A DNA stretch of 64,000 nucleotides. Source: an uncultured Bacteroidota bacterium. Lineage in GTDB: Bacteria; Bacteroidota; Bacteroidia; Bacteroidales; B18-G4. Shown here piece after piece: positions 28,342 through 38,186 of this stretch (positions are counted from its first letter, which is position 1; each line of letters starts with the position of its first letter). Under the pieces are notes generated by a model, which searched no databases, was not told where the DNA came from, and was given only the letters and a program-made list of their open reading frames with translations. Both the position numbers and the translations under genes were made by a program. The stretch is taken from the NCBI GenBank assembly GCA_963793485.1, contig CAWCAB010000003.1:672139-736138 (forward strand). Direction: 5' to 3'.

Positions 28342-29394
28342 ATGAATATAACAGCGCTTATTATCGATTTTCTACTGCTTATCCTCAGTTTTGGGGCTAT
28401 TCATTTCATTTCCGAACGCTACTTCATCGAATCACTCGACTATCTTTCGAAAAAATTGCGGCTGTCTTCCGATATGGCCGGTTCTACGCTGATGGCGGCA
28501 GGATCAAGCGCCCCGGAACTGGCTGTGGCACTTTTTGCCATACTGATGGCGGGAAATCATGAAGCTATAGGTGTCGGAACCATAGTAGGTTCAGCGCTAT
28601 TCAATATACTGGTCATTACGGGAGTTGTGATGTATATCCGCGGAAAGGCAAAGCTCATGTGGCAGCCCATACTCAGGGATATTTTATTCTATATTATCGC
28701 CATCCTTTTAATAGGCTATACCTTCCATTCCGGGAAGTTGAACCTGATGGGCGGACTGCTGATGGTAGGAGTCTATGTGCTATATGTGATCGTAGTTTAT
28801 TTTTGGAAAAGGCTGTTCCCTTATGAAGATATCGAAGGAGAAACTGAAAAAAAGGAAACCCTTCAGATCAAAGCCCGCCATGGATTAGAAGCCGGCCTTA
28901 TCATTTTTGACCGCCTGGCATCCCGTTATCAGATACTGACATTTATTCTTTCGATTGGATTTATATGCTTGCTTAGCTGGGCCCTGGTGAACAGCGCAGT
29001 AGGTATTTCTGAAGCACTGGGTGTACCTGAGCTTTTGATTGGCATTACAATCGTTGCAATTGGTACTTCAGTACCCGATCTGATCTCTTCAGTTATTGTC
29101 GCCCGACAGGGCCGGCCGGGCATGGCTATCAACAATGCTATAGGATCCAACACCTTTGATATTCTCATCGGACTTGGACTGCCTTTCCTGCTGTATTCAA
29201 TAATTTATGGAGAGGGCATCAGCCTCATGACAGGCAACCTGGTCGTCTCTATCAGCATACTCCTGGCATCCTCAGTGATCATGTTGCTGTTTTTCCTGCT
29301 GAGGGGATGGCGCACCTCAAAACAGGTAGGGATCATTTTGATCATCCTCTACCTGGTGTATCTTGGATATGTGATCTGTACCAACAGCTGTTGA
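28342..29394 (+). CDS. Ca2+/cation antiporter (CaCA, YrbG-like)
   Basis: 350 aa with about 10 TM. Two alpha-repeat signatures (GSTLMAAGSSAPELAVA and AIGTSVPDLISSV). Confidence 0.85.
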   Translation: MNITALIIDFLLLILSFGAIHFISERYFIESLDYLSKKLRLSSDMAGSTLMAAGSSAPELAVALFAILMAGNHEAIGVGTIVGSALFNILVITGVVMYIRGKAKLMWQPILRDILFYIIAILLIGYTFHSGKLNLMGGLLMVGVYVLYVIVVYFWKRLFPYEDIEGETEKKETLQIKARHGLEAGLIIFDRLASRYQILTFILSIGFICLLSWALVNSAVGISEALGVPELLIGITIVAIGTSVPDLISSVIVARQGRPGMAINNAIGSNTFDILIGLGLPFLLYSIIYGEGISLMTGNLVVSISILLASSVIMLLFFLLRGWRTSKQVGIILIILYLVYLGYVICTNSC

Positions 29395-29495
29395 CGCCTA
29401 GAATGTAAAAAACGCCATTGGTATGCCGGGAGCAACCATTTGTTAATTAATAGTAAAACTGTAGAAATTCTCAGCTGAGCTATGGTTTATTATCC

Positions 29496-29503
29496 TAATT
29501 TTG
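29496..29503 (+). promoter_or_regulatory. Bacteroidota-type -7 box upstream of the S9 peptidase gene
   Basis: TAATTTTG lies 31 nt upstream of the ATG at 29534. Confidence 0.45.
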
Positions 29504-29533
29504 CATCCTAATTATTAATGTTAAACACTTAGT

Positions 29534-31444
29534 ATGATGAGGAAAGTATTATTAAATCTTCGTGCCGGTGCACTGATCATGGTGATCCTGGCGGGAGTAT
29601 TAGCAAATTCTAATGTAATGGCACAAACGCAGATTCCCCTGGAGGACTTTTTCAAGAATCCTGAAAAAACAGGTTTTCAGATCTCCCCTGACGGGAAGTA
29701 TTATTCATACACTGCCCCTTACGAGGACAGGATGAATATTTTTGTTCAGAAGATTGGAAGTAAAAAAGCCACAAGACTTACCAGTGAAACCGACCGTAGT
29801 ATCTCAGGTTATTTCTGGGCGAACAACAACCGTATCCTTTATCTGAAAGATAATGGAGGTGATGAAAATTTTGCACTCTATGGAGTGGACAAAAATGGGA
29901 AAAACTCAAAATGCCTGACATGTTTTGAGAATGTTCGTACACAGATCCTGGATGATCTTGAGGACATTCCTGATGAAGTCATTGTTGGCCTGAACAAAAG
30001 GAATCCTCAGGTTTTTGATCCGTATCGCCTGAATATTAAAACCGGTGAGATGACCATGCTGGCAGAAAACCCGGGCAACATTCAAGGCTGGATGACCGAC
30101 CATGAAGGAAGGTTACGTGCGGCATTCGCCATTGTTGACGGAGTGAATGTTCAGATACAATATCGCGATAATGAAGATGAAGAGTTCAGACCAGTGCTGA
30201 CCACAAGCTTTAAAGATGAGATCAGTCCTGCTTTCTTCGATTTTGATAACAAAAATGTATATGCGACTTCAAACCTTGGACGCGATAAGTCGGCAGTAGT
30301 GCTGTTCGATATTGCAAACGGGAAAGAACTGGAAGTACTTTACGAAAATGATGAGTATGATGTAAGCGGCGTACACTTTTCCAGGAAAAGGAAAGTAGTG
30401 ACCTCAGCATCATATACTTCATGGAAACGCGAACGTCACTTTTTTGACGAGCAGACCGAGAAACTTTTTACCCGCCTGGAGAAAGACCTGGGCGACTATG
30501 AGATCGCTATCACCGGTGTAAACAAGGATGAGAATATGTACATTATCCGTACCTATAGCGACCGCTCACTGGGATCTTACTATCTCTATGATATGGAGGC
30601 CGACAAGGTCGAAAAGATCCATGAGGTTAGCCCCTGGATCGACGAGAATGAGATGGGTAAACAATTCCCAATCAAATATGCTGCCCGCGATGGCCTGATG
30701 ATCAATGGTTACCTCACCCTTCCTAAGGGACTCACCGTTGAGACTGCTAAAGACCTTCCAGTTGTGATCAATGTTCATGGTGGCCCATGGGCACGCGATA
30801 GCTGGGGCTTCAACCCTGAAGTTCAGTTCCTGGCCAACCGCGGCTTTGCCGTACTTCAGATGAACTTCCGTGGATCGACTGGCTATGGCCGTGATTTCTG
30901 GGAAAGATCATTCAAAGAATGGGGCCTTGATATGCAAAACGATGTTACAGATGGTGCATACTGGCTGATTAATCAAGGTATCGCCAACAAAGACAAGATT
31001 GCTATTTACGGAGCCAGTTATGGTGGCTATGCTACATTGCAGGGCGTTGTTGTTACCCCTACACTCTATGCTGCGGCTGTTGACTATGTAGGTGTTTCTA
31101 ACCTCTTCACCTTCATGCAGACCATCCCTCCTTACTGGAAACCATTACTCGACATGATGTATGAAATGGTTGGTAACCCGGAGGACAACAAGACTCAGTT
31201 TGAAGCTACATCTCCTGCCCTCAATGCCGACAAGATCATGACTCCGCTATTTGTTGCACAGGGTGCCAACGATCCAAGGGTGAACATCGATGAGTCAGAC
31301 CAGATAGTGAAAGCGCTCGAAGACAGAGGTATCGAAGTTGAATACATGGTTAAAGACAATGAAGGCCATGGATTCCACAACGAAGAGAACAGATTTGATT
31401 TCTACCGTGCTATGGAAGCATTCCTTTCAAAGCACATTAAATAA
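29534..31444 (+). CDS. S9 family serine peptidase (prolyl oligopeptidase / DPP type)
   Basis: 636 aa with a signal peptide. Propeller N-domain, then a hydrolase domain with GASYGGYA, GANDPRV and EGHGF. Confidence 0.9.
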   Translation: MMRKVLLNLRAGALIMVILAGVLANSNVMAQTQIPLEDFFKNPEKTGFQISPDGKYYSYTAPYEDRMNIFVQKIGSKKATRLTSETDRSISGYFWANNNRILYLKDNGGDENFALYGVDKNGKNSKCLTCFENVRTQILDDLEDIPDEVIVGLNKRNPQVFDPYRLNIKTGEMTMLAENPGNIQGWMTDHEGRLRAAFAIVDGVNVQIQYRDNEDEEFRPVLTTSFKDEISPAFFDFDNKNVYATSNLGRDKSAVVLFDIANGKELEVLYENDEYDVSGVHFSRKRKVVTSASYTSWKRERHFFDEQTEKLFTRLEKDLGDYEIAITGVNKDENMYIIRTYSDRSLGSYYLYDMEADKVEKIHEVSPWIDENEMGKQFPIKYAARDGLMINGYLTLPKGLTVETAKDLPVVINVHGGPWARDSWGFNPEVQFLANRGFAVLQMNFRGSTGYGRDFWERSFKEWGLDMQNDVTDGAYWLINQGIANKDKIAIYGASYGGYATLQGVVVTPTLYAAAVDYVGVSNLFTFMQTIPPYWKPLLDMMYEMVGNPEDNKTQFEATSPALNADKIMTPLFVAQGANDPRVNIDESDQIVKALEDRGIEVEYMVKDNEGHGFHNEENRFDFYRAMEAFLSKHIK

Positions 31445-31464
31445 GACATCTAATTCTTAATATT

Positions 31465-31500
31465 AAAGGGATGCTGTTGATAAACGGCGTCCCTTTTTTT
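31465..31500 (+). terminator. intrinsic terminator after the S9 peptidase gene
   Basis: AAAGGGATGC..(12-nt loop)..GCGTCCCTTT with a T7 run. Confidence 0.7.
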
Positions 31501-31516
31501 GTTGAATTGGTTGAAT

Positions 31517-31547
31517 CCACCTTCGCCAAGGCTTCGGTGGACAAAGT
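31517..31547. repeat. REP-like element CCACCTTCGCCAAGGCTTCGGTGGACAAAGT
   Basis: It shares the ..CTTCGC...GG(T)GGACAA.. pattern with 11683-11711 and 39501-39530, and has CCACC/GGTGG complementary ends. Confidence 0.45.
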
Positions 31548-31580
31548 CAGTTGAATCGGTTAAATCAGGAAGCATTACTT

Positions 31581-31650
31581 CATACTGTCTATTGTCAACT
31601 GCCTACTGCCTACTGTCTACTGTCAAGCAACCCAGCACCCAGCACCCAGC
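31581..31650. repeat. heptamer array, 10 units
   Basis: CATACTG TCTATTG TCAACTG CCTACTG CCTACTG TCTACTG TCAAGCA ACCCAGC ACCCAGC ACCCAGC. Confidence 0.85.
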
Positions 31651-31660
31651 AACAATTTAC

Positions 31661-31668
31661 TATCTTTG
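31661..31668 (+). promoter_or_regulatory. Bacteroidota-type -7 box upstream of the PfkB kinase gene
   Basis: TATCTTTG lies 5 nt upstream of the ATG at 31673, implying a near-leaderless transcript. Confidence 0.4.
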
Positions 31669-31672
31669 ACAT

Positions 31673-32593
31673 ATGCCTGCAATCTACACCATCGGCGAAA
31701 CAGTCTACGACATCATCTTTAAAAATGATGAGCCTGTTACTGCTAAAGCAGGTGGAACCATGCTGAATACTTCAGTCTCACTTGGCCGCCTTGGCTTGCC
31801 GGTGTCATTTGTGAGTGAATATGCTTCCGACAGGATAGGAGATATCATTAATGGTTTTCTTGGTGATAATGGTGTAGATACAAAACATATCTACAGGTAC
31901 CGGGACGGAAAAACACCTGTTTCCCTGGCCTTTCTTAACGAACAGAATGATGCCCGATATTCCTTTTATAAACTATATCCCGACCGGCGCCTTGAAATTA
32001 AGATTCCGGAATTTTACCGGGCTGATATCCTTCTTTTCGGGGGATTCTATTCATTAATGGCAGAAGTACGCACCTCTTTGATCTCATTTGTGCGTGCAGC
32101 ACGGGATGCGGGAGCCGTCATAATATATGATCCAAACATTCGCAGTCCTCATAAAGATGAAATAGACGAGCTCAGGGATCTGGTCTTTGAGAATATCAGT
32201 CTTTCCAACATAGTGCGCGGATCAGATGAAGATTTCAAAACTATCTTTAATATCTCTGACGGAAAAGAAGCTTATAAATTGCTTACGAATCATGGGTGTG
32301 AGTATCTCATCTACACTAAAAGCAATATAGGCGTGGAGATCCATTCCCCGGAGGGGATGGTGGAGGTTCCAGTACAGAAAGTAGCAACAGTGAGTACCAT
32401 CGGAGCTGGCGACAGCTTCAATGCAGGCTTGATCTATGAACTTTTCCGGGCTCAAATGCAGTCAGGGGATTTTAAAGAAGATGATCTGGGAAAAATGGTG
32501 AAAACAGCCATCACCTTCGGCTCGCATGTATGCACCCATTTTGAGAACTATATTAGTCAGGAGTTTGCTGCGAAATTGATGCTGGATGCTTGA
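31673..32593 (+). CDS. PfkB-family carbohydrate kinase
   Basis: 306 aa with motifs GGTMLNTSVSLGRLG and GAGDSFNAG. Confidence 0.85.
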   Translation: MPAIYTIGETVYDIIFKNDEPVTAKAGGTMLNTSVSLGRLGLPVSFVSEYASDRIGDIINGFLGDNGVDTKHIYRYRDGKTPVSLAFLNEQNDARYSFYKLYPDRRLEIKIPEFYRADILLFGGFYSLMAEVRTSLISFVRAARDAGAVIIYDPNIRSPHKDEIDELRDLVFENISLSNIVRGSDEDFKTIFNISDGKEAYKLLTNHGCEYLIYTKSNIGVEIHSPEGMVEVPVQKVATVSTIGAGDSFNAGLIYELFRAQMQSGDFKEDDLGKMVKTAITFGSHVCTHFENYISQEFAAKLMLDA

Positions 32594-32659
32594 TGCTGGA
32601 TGCTTGATGCTGGATACTAGATGCTAGATGCTGGATCCTGGATCCTGGTTACTGGTCAC
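32576..32659. repeat. heptamer array, 12 units, starting inside the PfkB CDS
   Basis: TTGATGC TGGATGC TTGATGC TGGATGC TTGATGC TGGATAC TAGATGC TAGATGC TGGATCC TGGATCC TGGTTAC TGGTCAC. The TGA stop at 32591-32593 lies in unit 3. Confidence 0.9.
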
Positions 32660-32669
32660 TTATTATTGC

Positions 32670-35123
32670 CTACATCACTTTATTCTTCTTCTTAAGTTTC
32701 TGAAAATCCAGATAATAAAGCAGCTTCAATGAGAATGAATTTCCCATTGGCGATGTGAATGTGTTTCTGATGTTTTCAAAGTAATCTTTTGCAACTTCAT
32801 TCTCTTCGCTGAAGATGTTGTTCTTCCAAACAAAAAGCAGCTCGCTGGCAGGGGCGAAGATCCACCTGAAAACCATATCCACATTGAAGGCATTGACAAG
32901 GAAATCATGATCCCCGGTATAATCATTTGTCTCCAGGTCACCACTTTCCAAAAGGGTAAAATACCTGTCGTAATCAACAGTGATCCAATAATGCCTGGCG
33001 CGCAGCGAAAGGGATATGTTTTTTGTAAAAATATACTGCATTTCCAACACCGATTCAACGGTTTGCAGGTCACGTGCACCGAAAATGATCTTTTCATCAC
33101 CAATGTCATCTATGGAATCTGTAACATAGCCTATATTATTCCAGTCAATATCATAATTTACCTCCAGGGATATAGTGAAATTGTCATTGACCCTGAACCT
33201 GGGTTCCACGGATACATCATAACCTGATTGACCATAGTCTGTTCCCGCCCAATATCCGCCGCGAACATCTACTACAAAGCGCTTTCTATAGTCGGGAGAG
33301 AACCAGGTTCCAATGTAGCCGGCAGGAGGCATTTTTACCATCCAGCCATCCACTCTGGGCTCATAGTAGTCATGACTTTCAATGGGTGAAATGCTTAAGT
33401 TAAGCCCTGTTGTCATATAGTTGGTGAAGGTGGTCCTGTTACTTGCACCGATATTGAAGGACACAAACTCCCTTGGTGCATACAGCATGTCATAATAGAA
33501 ACCGATTTCATTGTGCATCTGAATAATGGGACCAACAGGGTCATAAATGTTATATTCGAACTCAACATCATTGTCGAATCGGTTATTCCTTCGGTTAAAT
33601 CCCATATCATTTACGTCATAGGTGTCGCTCTGCGTTTCGTGTTCATACGCAAACCTGAAGTTGCCACTGATCTTTCCTGCTGCCAAACCATACATATATC
33701 CAAATTGGTTCTCCTGATCGGTATAATACTTCTGACTGACGTTTACCAGTCCGCCCACGCCCCACATATCACTTTTGGTTTTCAACTCGAATTCCGTTCC
33801 GGTCACGTTAGCAATATATCTGTCCTTTCCCTGGTAAACATTTGTATTATACAGACTGATATAGGAATTATTTTTAAGGCTCTGGTCAAATACCAGCATA
33901 TTGTAGTTTGAAGCCGGGTTAGTCAGGATTTTTTGTTCCGCACCGGTTGAATCTGTGACCCGGGCCCAGGTATTGCTGTTCACAGCATTAAATACCCCTA
34001 TGGCAGTTCCGTTTTTGTTCCTGCCGGAAATTTTGGTTGCATTCAGCAATTGTATTTCCTCAGGGTTTTCAAGTATATTATTTGTGCTATCAGTTTTGTA
34101 TTCATCCTCTATATCCCAGTATCCTTCAGGTGTCCCCCCAACCCTGCGGGTATAAAAAATATCACCACGTTCAAAGAGTTCAGTCCCTTCAGTGAAGAAA
34201 GGCCTTCTCTCCTGGTAGTATACCTCAAAAGGGGAGAGGTTCACGATCTTATCATCTGATTGTACCTGTCCGAAATCCGGAATCAAGGTCATGTCAAGTG
34301 TAAAGCTTTCACTAAGTCCAAGCTTCATGTCCATACCATAGTTAAATGAATATGCCCAGGTATCACTTTCCGGTGCTTTTTCAGTGTACCCTGCAACGTA
34401 TGGAATGAAAAATAATCTCAAAGGAGGTTTGATCCCTTCAATTCCAGTGAGGGTTCCGGATTGGCTAAATACGCCCTCCAGTTTGTTATCGATATAGTTC
34501 CAGGTCGACCACTCCCTGTGTCGCCGGATGTTTCTCCACATATTCACTCCCCAGAGCTGTTCTGCAGTCTTAGGGAATCTGATCGCAGCATAAGGAATCT
34601 CGATCTCAGCTACCCAGCCGCTGTCATTGATCTGTACTGAACTTTTCCATATTGGATTCCAGTTCTCGTCGCGATAATTGGCGGCATGCTTGGTGTCGAC
34701 CTCTACCCCTGATGCTGCTACCTTAAACTCGAAAGCATTCAGCCCATCATTGTACGGAATGATATCGAATGTAAAAAAGTCGGCATTGATATCGTCATCA
34801 TCTCTTTCCCCCAACTCCCTTAGAATACTATCCGGGGCACTATCGTACATCATGGCTCCAACATAGATAGCCCTGTCATCATAAAGTATTCGTACTTCAG
34901 TTGGTTGACTTGGTGAATCCCCATTAAATGGGTTGTACTGTATGAAGTTTCCTGCAGGCATGGCATCTTGCCACATGAGTTCATTTAAGGCTCCATCGAT
35001 TTTTGGGGCAACAGGAGTACGCATTGCCTCTACATTTTTCTGCTCAGTTTGAGCCGTGATGTAAAGGGATGAAAGTAGAAATAGAAGTAATAGAATGATC
35101 CCTTTGGATTGATCCAGCGCCAT
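32670..35123 (-). CDS. CBM9-like / DUF5916-like outer-membrane-associated protein
   Basis: 817 aa with a signal peptide. An N-terminal carbohydrate-binding-like region is followed by a long beta-rich region. The architecture is recalled from Bacteroidota homologues and was not searched. Confidence 0.6.
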   Translation of the reverse strand: MALDQSKGIILLLLFLLSSLYITAQTEQKNVEAMRTPVAPKIDGALNELMWQDAMPAGNFIQYNPFNGDSPSQPTEVRILYDDRAIYVGAMMYDSAPDSILRELGERDDDDINADFFTFDIIPYNDGLNAFEFKVAASGVEVDTKHAANYRDENWNPIWKSSVQINDSGWVAEIEIPYAAIRFPKTAEQLWGVNMWRNIRRHREWSTWNYIDNKLEGVFSQSGTLTGIEGIKPPLRLFFIPYVAGYTEKAPESDTWAYSFNYGMDMKLGLSESFTLDMTLIPDFGQVQSDDKIVNLSPFEVYYQERRPFFTEGTELFERGDIFYTRRVGGTPEGYWDIEDEYKTDSTNNILENPEEIQLLNATKISGRNKNGTAIGVFNAVNSNTWARVTDSTGAEQKILTNPASNYNMLVFDQSLKNNSYISLYNTNVYQGKDRYIANVTGTEFELKTKSDMWGVGGLVNVSQKYYTDQENQFGYMYGLAAGKISGNFRFAYEHETQSDTYDVNDMGFNRRNNRFDNDVEFEYNIYDPVGPIIQMHNEIGFYYDMLYAPREFVSFNIGASNRTTFTNYMTTGLNLSISPIESHDYYEPRVDGWMVKMPPAGYIGTWFSPDYRKRFVVDVRGGYWAGTDYGQSGYDVSVEPRFRVNDNFTISLEVNYDIDWNNIGYVTDSIDDIGDEKIIFGARDLQTVESVLEMQYIFTKNISLSLRARHYWITVDYDRYFTLLESGDLETNDYTGDHDFLVNAFNVDMVFRWIFAPASELLFVWKNNIFSEENEVAKDYFENIRNTFTSPMGNSFSLKLLYYLDFQKLKKKNKVM

Positions 35124-35214
35124 AGCCTTGTCCGCTTAAGAAAACAAATTTATTCATTTTTTGTGAATAAATTAACACGTCTGTGGAAAGAATATATAGA
35201 TGTACTTATGGGGC

Positions 35215-35715
35215 TTATGGATTAAGTATTTCAGCATACAATTGGTAATTCTCCTTATCAAAACAAACGAAAATCACATGCTCCGGGAGGTCATTCCTGG
35301 AAAAGTACGCCTTCACTGTCATGATGGCGATCTCTGCGGCGCGCGATTTCGGGAAATGATACACCCCTGTGCTTATATTCGGGAATGCGATGCTTTTCAA
35401 CCCATGTTTTCTGCTCAGTTCAAGGCTATTCTTATAAGAGTTTCTCAGCAGTTCTTCCTCACCTCGTTTTCCTCCTCCCCAGACCGGCCCTACGGTATGG
35501 ATCACGTATTTACAAGGAAGATCATATCCTTTTGTGATCTTAGCTTCTCCTGTGTCACATCCATTGAGGGTTTCGCACTCCGCAAGCAATTGTGGGCCTG
35601 CAGCCCTGTGAATGGCACCATCTACACCACCGCCCCCTAGAAGGGTCTTATTGGCTGCATTCACAATGGCATCCACCTTAAGCTTAGTAATATCACCCTG
35701 AATAAGCTCAATCAT
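35215..35715 (-). CDS. macro-domain protein (O-acetyl-ADP-ribose deacetylase-like)
   Basis: 166 aa with motif [23 protein letters not shown]. Confidence 0.9.
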   Translation of the reverse strand: MIELIQGDITKLKVDAIVNAANKTLLGGGGVDGAIHRAAGPQLLAECETLNGCDTGEAKITKGYDLPCKYVIHTVGPVWGGGKRGEEELLRNSYKNSLELSRKHGLKSIAFPNISTGVYHFPKSRAAEIAIMTVKAYFSRNDLPEHVIFVCFDKENYQLYAEILNP

Positions 35716-35721
35716 TTAAAT

Positions 35722-35742
35722 ATCGAATATCGAGTACCGAAT
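35722..35742. repeat. short heptamer array
   Basis: ATCGAAT ATCGAGT ACCGAAT, the same words as in the T9SS CTD arrays. Confidence 0.7.
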
Positions 35743-35770
35743 TTCTGTCCCACGCTTAATGCCACAAGCC

Positions 35771-37126
35771 TCATACCTTTTTCTTTATTACAAAAAGTTG
35801 CCCCGTTTCATACTTCATCACTACTACCGCGTCACCTTTTTCAATAAATCCCGTGAGGGCAGTGGCATCGTAAATATCGCCCTCGATAATTACTTTTCCT
35901 GCCGGGCGAAGCACTGACCATGCTTTGCCTTTTTTACCAATCATGCTTAAATATTTGTTGTCGGAAGTTGAAAAACCCTCTTTACTGAGCTGTTCGGCTT
36001 CCAGTGCCAGGTGGCCAAAAATAGTCGTTGTAAACAGTGTCTTGCTTATCCAGAACGACCCGATCAGTGCAAGGAATATGGCAATGATCACGATGAAAAA
36101 GGCTGTAGCCCCTGCCTCAAAACCTACTCCGCTGAAGTTCAGGCCTACATTACCTATCATGCTTAGGGTTAGTCCGGTAACTACCAATATGATCCCTGAA
36201 ATTCCTGCCACCCCGAAGCCGGGTATGGCAAAGACTTCAACAAGGATGAGGATAACTCCTGCCACGAAGACCACGATCTCCCAGTGATCGGCCAATCCTT
36301 CGATGTACAGCGGTGCAAAATATAGCAGGGCTGCGATAACGGAGGCCACCAGAGGGAACCCAATTCCCGGACTTTGCAGCTCAAAATATATACCGCCAAT
36401 GATGATCATGATAAGGATACCACTGACAAATGGATTGATCAGCCATCCGATGATCTTATCGGCACCGCTCTTCTTATGTGTGATGATCTCATATCTCGGA
36501 ACATGGGCATCATCCAGCAAATCGGCAATATTTTCCACACTGCCTTCACAATAGCCATGAAGAATTGCCTCGCTGGTTGTAAGGGTAAGCACTTTCCCGG
36601 TATCTATGATATCCTCGATGTAGATATCAGGGTCGACCATGGCCTGGGCAATGTCAGGATCGCGACCGTTGGCTTCGGCAGTGGCCCGCATCCATGATCG
36701 CATGTATGATTGGTACTTGTCAGGTACTGGTTTCCCGCTCTGATCTACCACCGTGGCGGCTCCTATGCTGGCTACAGGGGCCATGTAAATACTGTCGCAA
36801 GCAATGGCAATCAGTGCACCTGCAGAAGCAGCATTATTATCGATAAAGACATATACGGGGATGTCGCAGTTCAGGATCTTGGTCCTGATAGAATCTGCCG
36901 CATCCACCAGTCCACCATAGGTGTTCATGTGAATAAGGATGATATCTGCACCCTTTTCCCTGGCTTCCTTAAAGGCTTTTTGAGTAGTTCTTACTATCGG
37001 TGGCGCAATTTGCTCCTTGATGTCGAATTTGTAAATGAGGGTCTTTTTTTCAAGACTGTCATTCTGCCCGAAGAAAATCAACGGCATAAGTGCCGCTATA
37101 ACCAATAATTGTAAGGTCTTTAGCAT
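35771..37126 (-). CDS. NfeD-family membrane-bound ClpP-class serine protease
   Basis: ORF 35771-37174, with the start moved to MLKTLQLLVIAALMPLIFFGQ (37126). ClpP/SppA-like region (IHMNTYGGLVDAA..NNAASAGALIA), a central TM bundle and a C-terminal NfeD OB-like tail. Confidence 0.75.
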   Translation of the reverse strand: MLKTLQLLVIAALMPLIFFGQNDSLEKKTLIYKFDIKEQIAPPIVRTTQKAFKEAREKGADIILIHMNTYGGLVDAADSIRTKILNCDIPVYVFIDNNAASAGALIAIACDSIYMAPVASIGAATVVDQSGKPVPDKYQSYMRSWMRATAEANGRDPDIAQAMVDPDIYIEDIIDTGKVLTLTTSEAILHGYCEGSVENIADLLDDAHVPRYEIITHKKSGADKIIGWLINPFVSGILIMIIIGGIYFELQSPGIGFPLVASVIAALLYFAPLYIEGLADHWEIVVFVAGVILILVEVFAIPGFGVAGISGIILVVTGLTLSMIGNVGLNFSGVGFEAGATAFFIVIIAIFLALIGSFWISKTLFTTTIFGHLALEAEQLSKEGFSTSDNKYLSMIGKKGKAWSVLRPAGKVIIEGDIYDATALTGFIEKGDAVVVMKYETGQLFVIKKKV

Positions 37127-37217
37127 AGTAGTTGAATTGTAGTGTAAAAATAGTCTAAATCGCCAATCTTTCAAATAATTATGTATGTTTGATGAAATAG
37201 ATGAAGCAACAGCTGAA

Positions 37218-37377
37218 GGGGGTTACTCGCTTCGCTCGAAATGACAGGTCTTAGGTTTTTAAGGGGAAAATGGGGACGCGCAGCACGCAGCGCGTCCCCA
37301 TTTTCCTATATTAACAAATATAATTTGTCATCTCGAAGGAGTCCTGAGTGGGGATGAAGGGCGACTGAGAGACCCCC
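37218..37377. repeat. composite palindromic element: inverted REP-like arms flanking a perfect 17-bp hairpin
   Basis: Left arm GGGGGTTACTCGCTTCGCTCGAAATGACAGG (37218-37248). Hairpin GGAAAATGGGGACGCGC-agcacgca-GCGCGTCCCCATTTTCC (37265-37306). Right arm TGTCATCTCGAAGG...GAGAGACCCCC (37326-37377). Confidence 0.7.
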
Positions 37378-37383
37378 AGGAGA

Positions 37384-38175
37384 TTATCGGAAAAACTTCT
37401 TTATGGCATCAATCAGTTCTGCATAAATATTTTGGTTCCCGCAAACAATCTCTTTTCCGTGGATGAAATCCTTTCCGCCTTTGAAGTCACTGACAATTCC
37501 ACCGGCCTGCTTCACGATGAAGCTTCCTGCAGCTACATCCCATGGTTTCAGGCTGTATTCCCAGAATCCGTCAAACCTGCCAGCGGCAACCCAGACCAGG
37601 TCGATGGCTGCCGAACCAAACCTTCTGATACCACGAGTGTTTTTCATCATATAGCCCAGCACTTGAAGGTAGGCCTCCTGCCTGCTGAAATCATTATATG
37701 GAAATCCGGTTGCCAGAAGCGACTCATTAAGCTTTTTCCTCCCGGAAACCCTGATCTCACTACCATTCATGAATGAAGGGCTGCCTTCCCAGGTATAAAA
37801 GCATTCCTTCGCTCTTACATCTAATACGGTGCCAGTGATTACTTCATGACCCTTAGCCAGGGCCACGCTAATAGAAAAAGTGGGTAAGTGGTGAATGAAA
37901 TTTGTTGTCCCATCCAGGGGATCTATGATCCAGGTGTATTCCTTCCCGCTGTTTGCAACTGTCTGTTCTTCAGCCAGGAAGCCTGAGTCGGGGAGGATCT
38001 TTGCCAGTCCTTCCACAAGCATCTTCTCCGAATTCTTGTCTACGTGGGTCACATAATCATGCAACCCCTTGGTATTTATATCATCACCCGAAAGTTTATG
38101 TTGCTCATCCTCAATGTATGAGCCAACCAGTTTGCATAATTCATTTACTTCCTTATTCAGTGAAGCCAGATTCAT
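37384..38175 (-). CDS. inositol monophosphatase family protein
   Basis: 263 aa with motifs WIIDPLDGTTNF and WDVAAG. Confidence 0.9.
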   Translation of the reverse strand: MNLASLNKEVNELCKLVGSYIEDEQHKLSGDDINTKGLHDYVTHVDKNSEKMLVEGLAKILPDSGFLAEEQTVANSGKEYTWIIDPLDGTTNFIHHLPTFSISVALAKGHEVITGTVLDVRAKECFYTWEGSPSFMNGSEIRVSGRKKLNESLLATGFPYNDFSRQEAYLQVLGYMMKNTRGIRRFGSAAIDLVWVAAGRFDGFWEYSLKPWDVAAGSFIVKQAGGIVSDFKGGKDFIHGKEIVCGNQNIYAELIDAIKKFFR

Positions 38176-38186
38176 AGATTGATGTA

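Noticed and set aside
35200-35640. 146-aa ORF antisense to the macro-domain gene
   Set aside because: The macro-domain motifs on the minus strand are unambiguous.
37265-37306. 17-bp perfect hairpin as a rho-independent terminator for the IMPase gene
   Set aside because: There is no U-tract following the stem on either strand. It is better explained as part of a repeat element.
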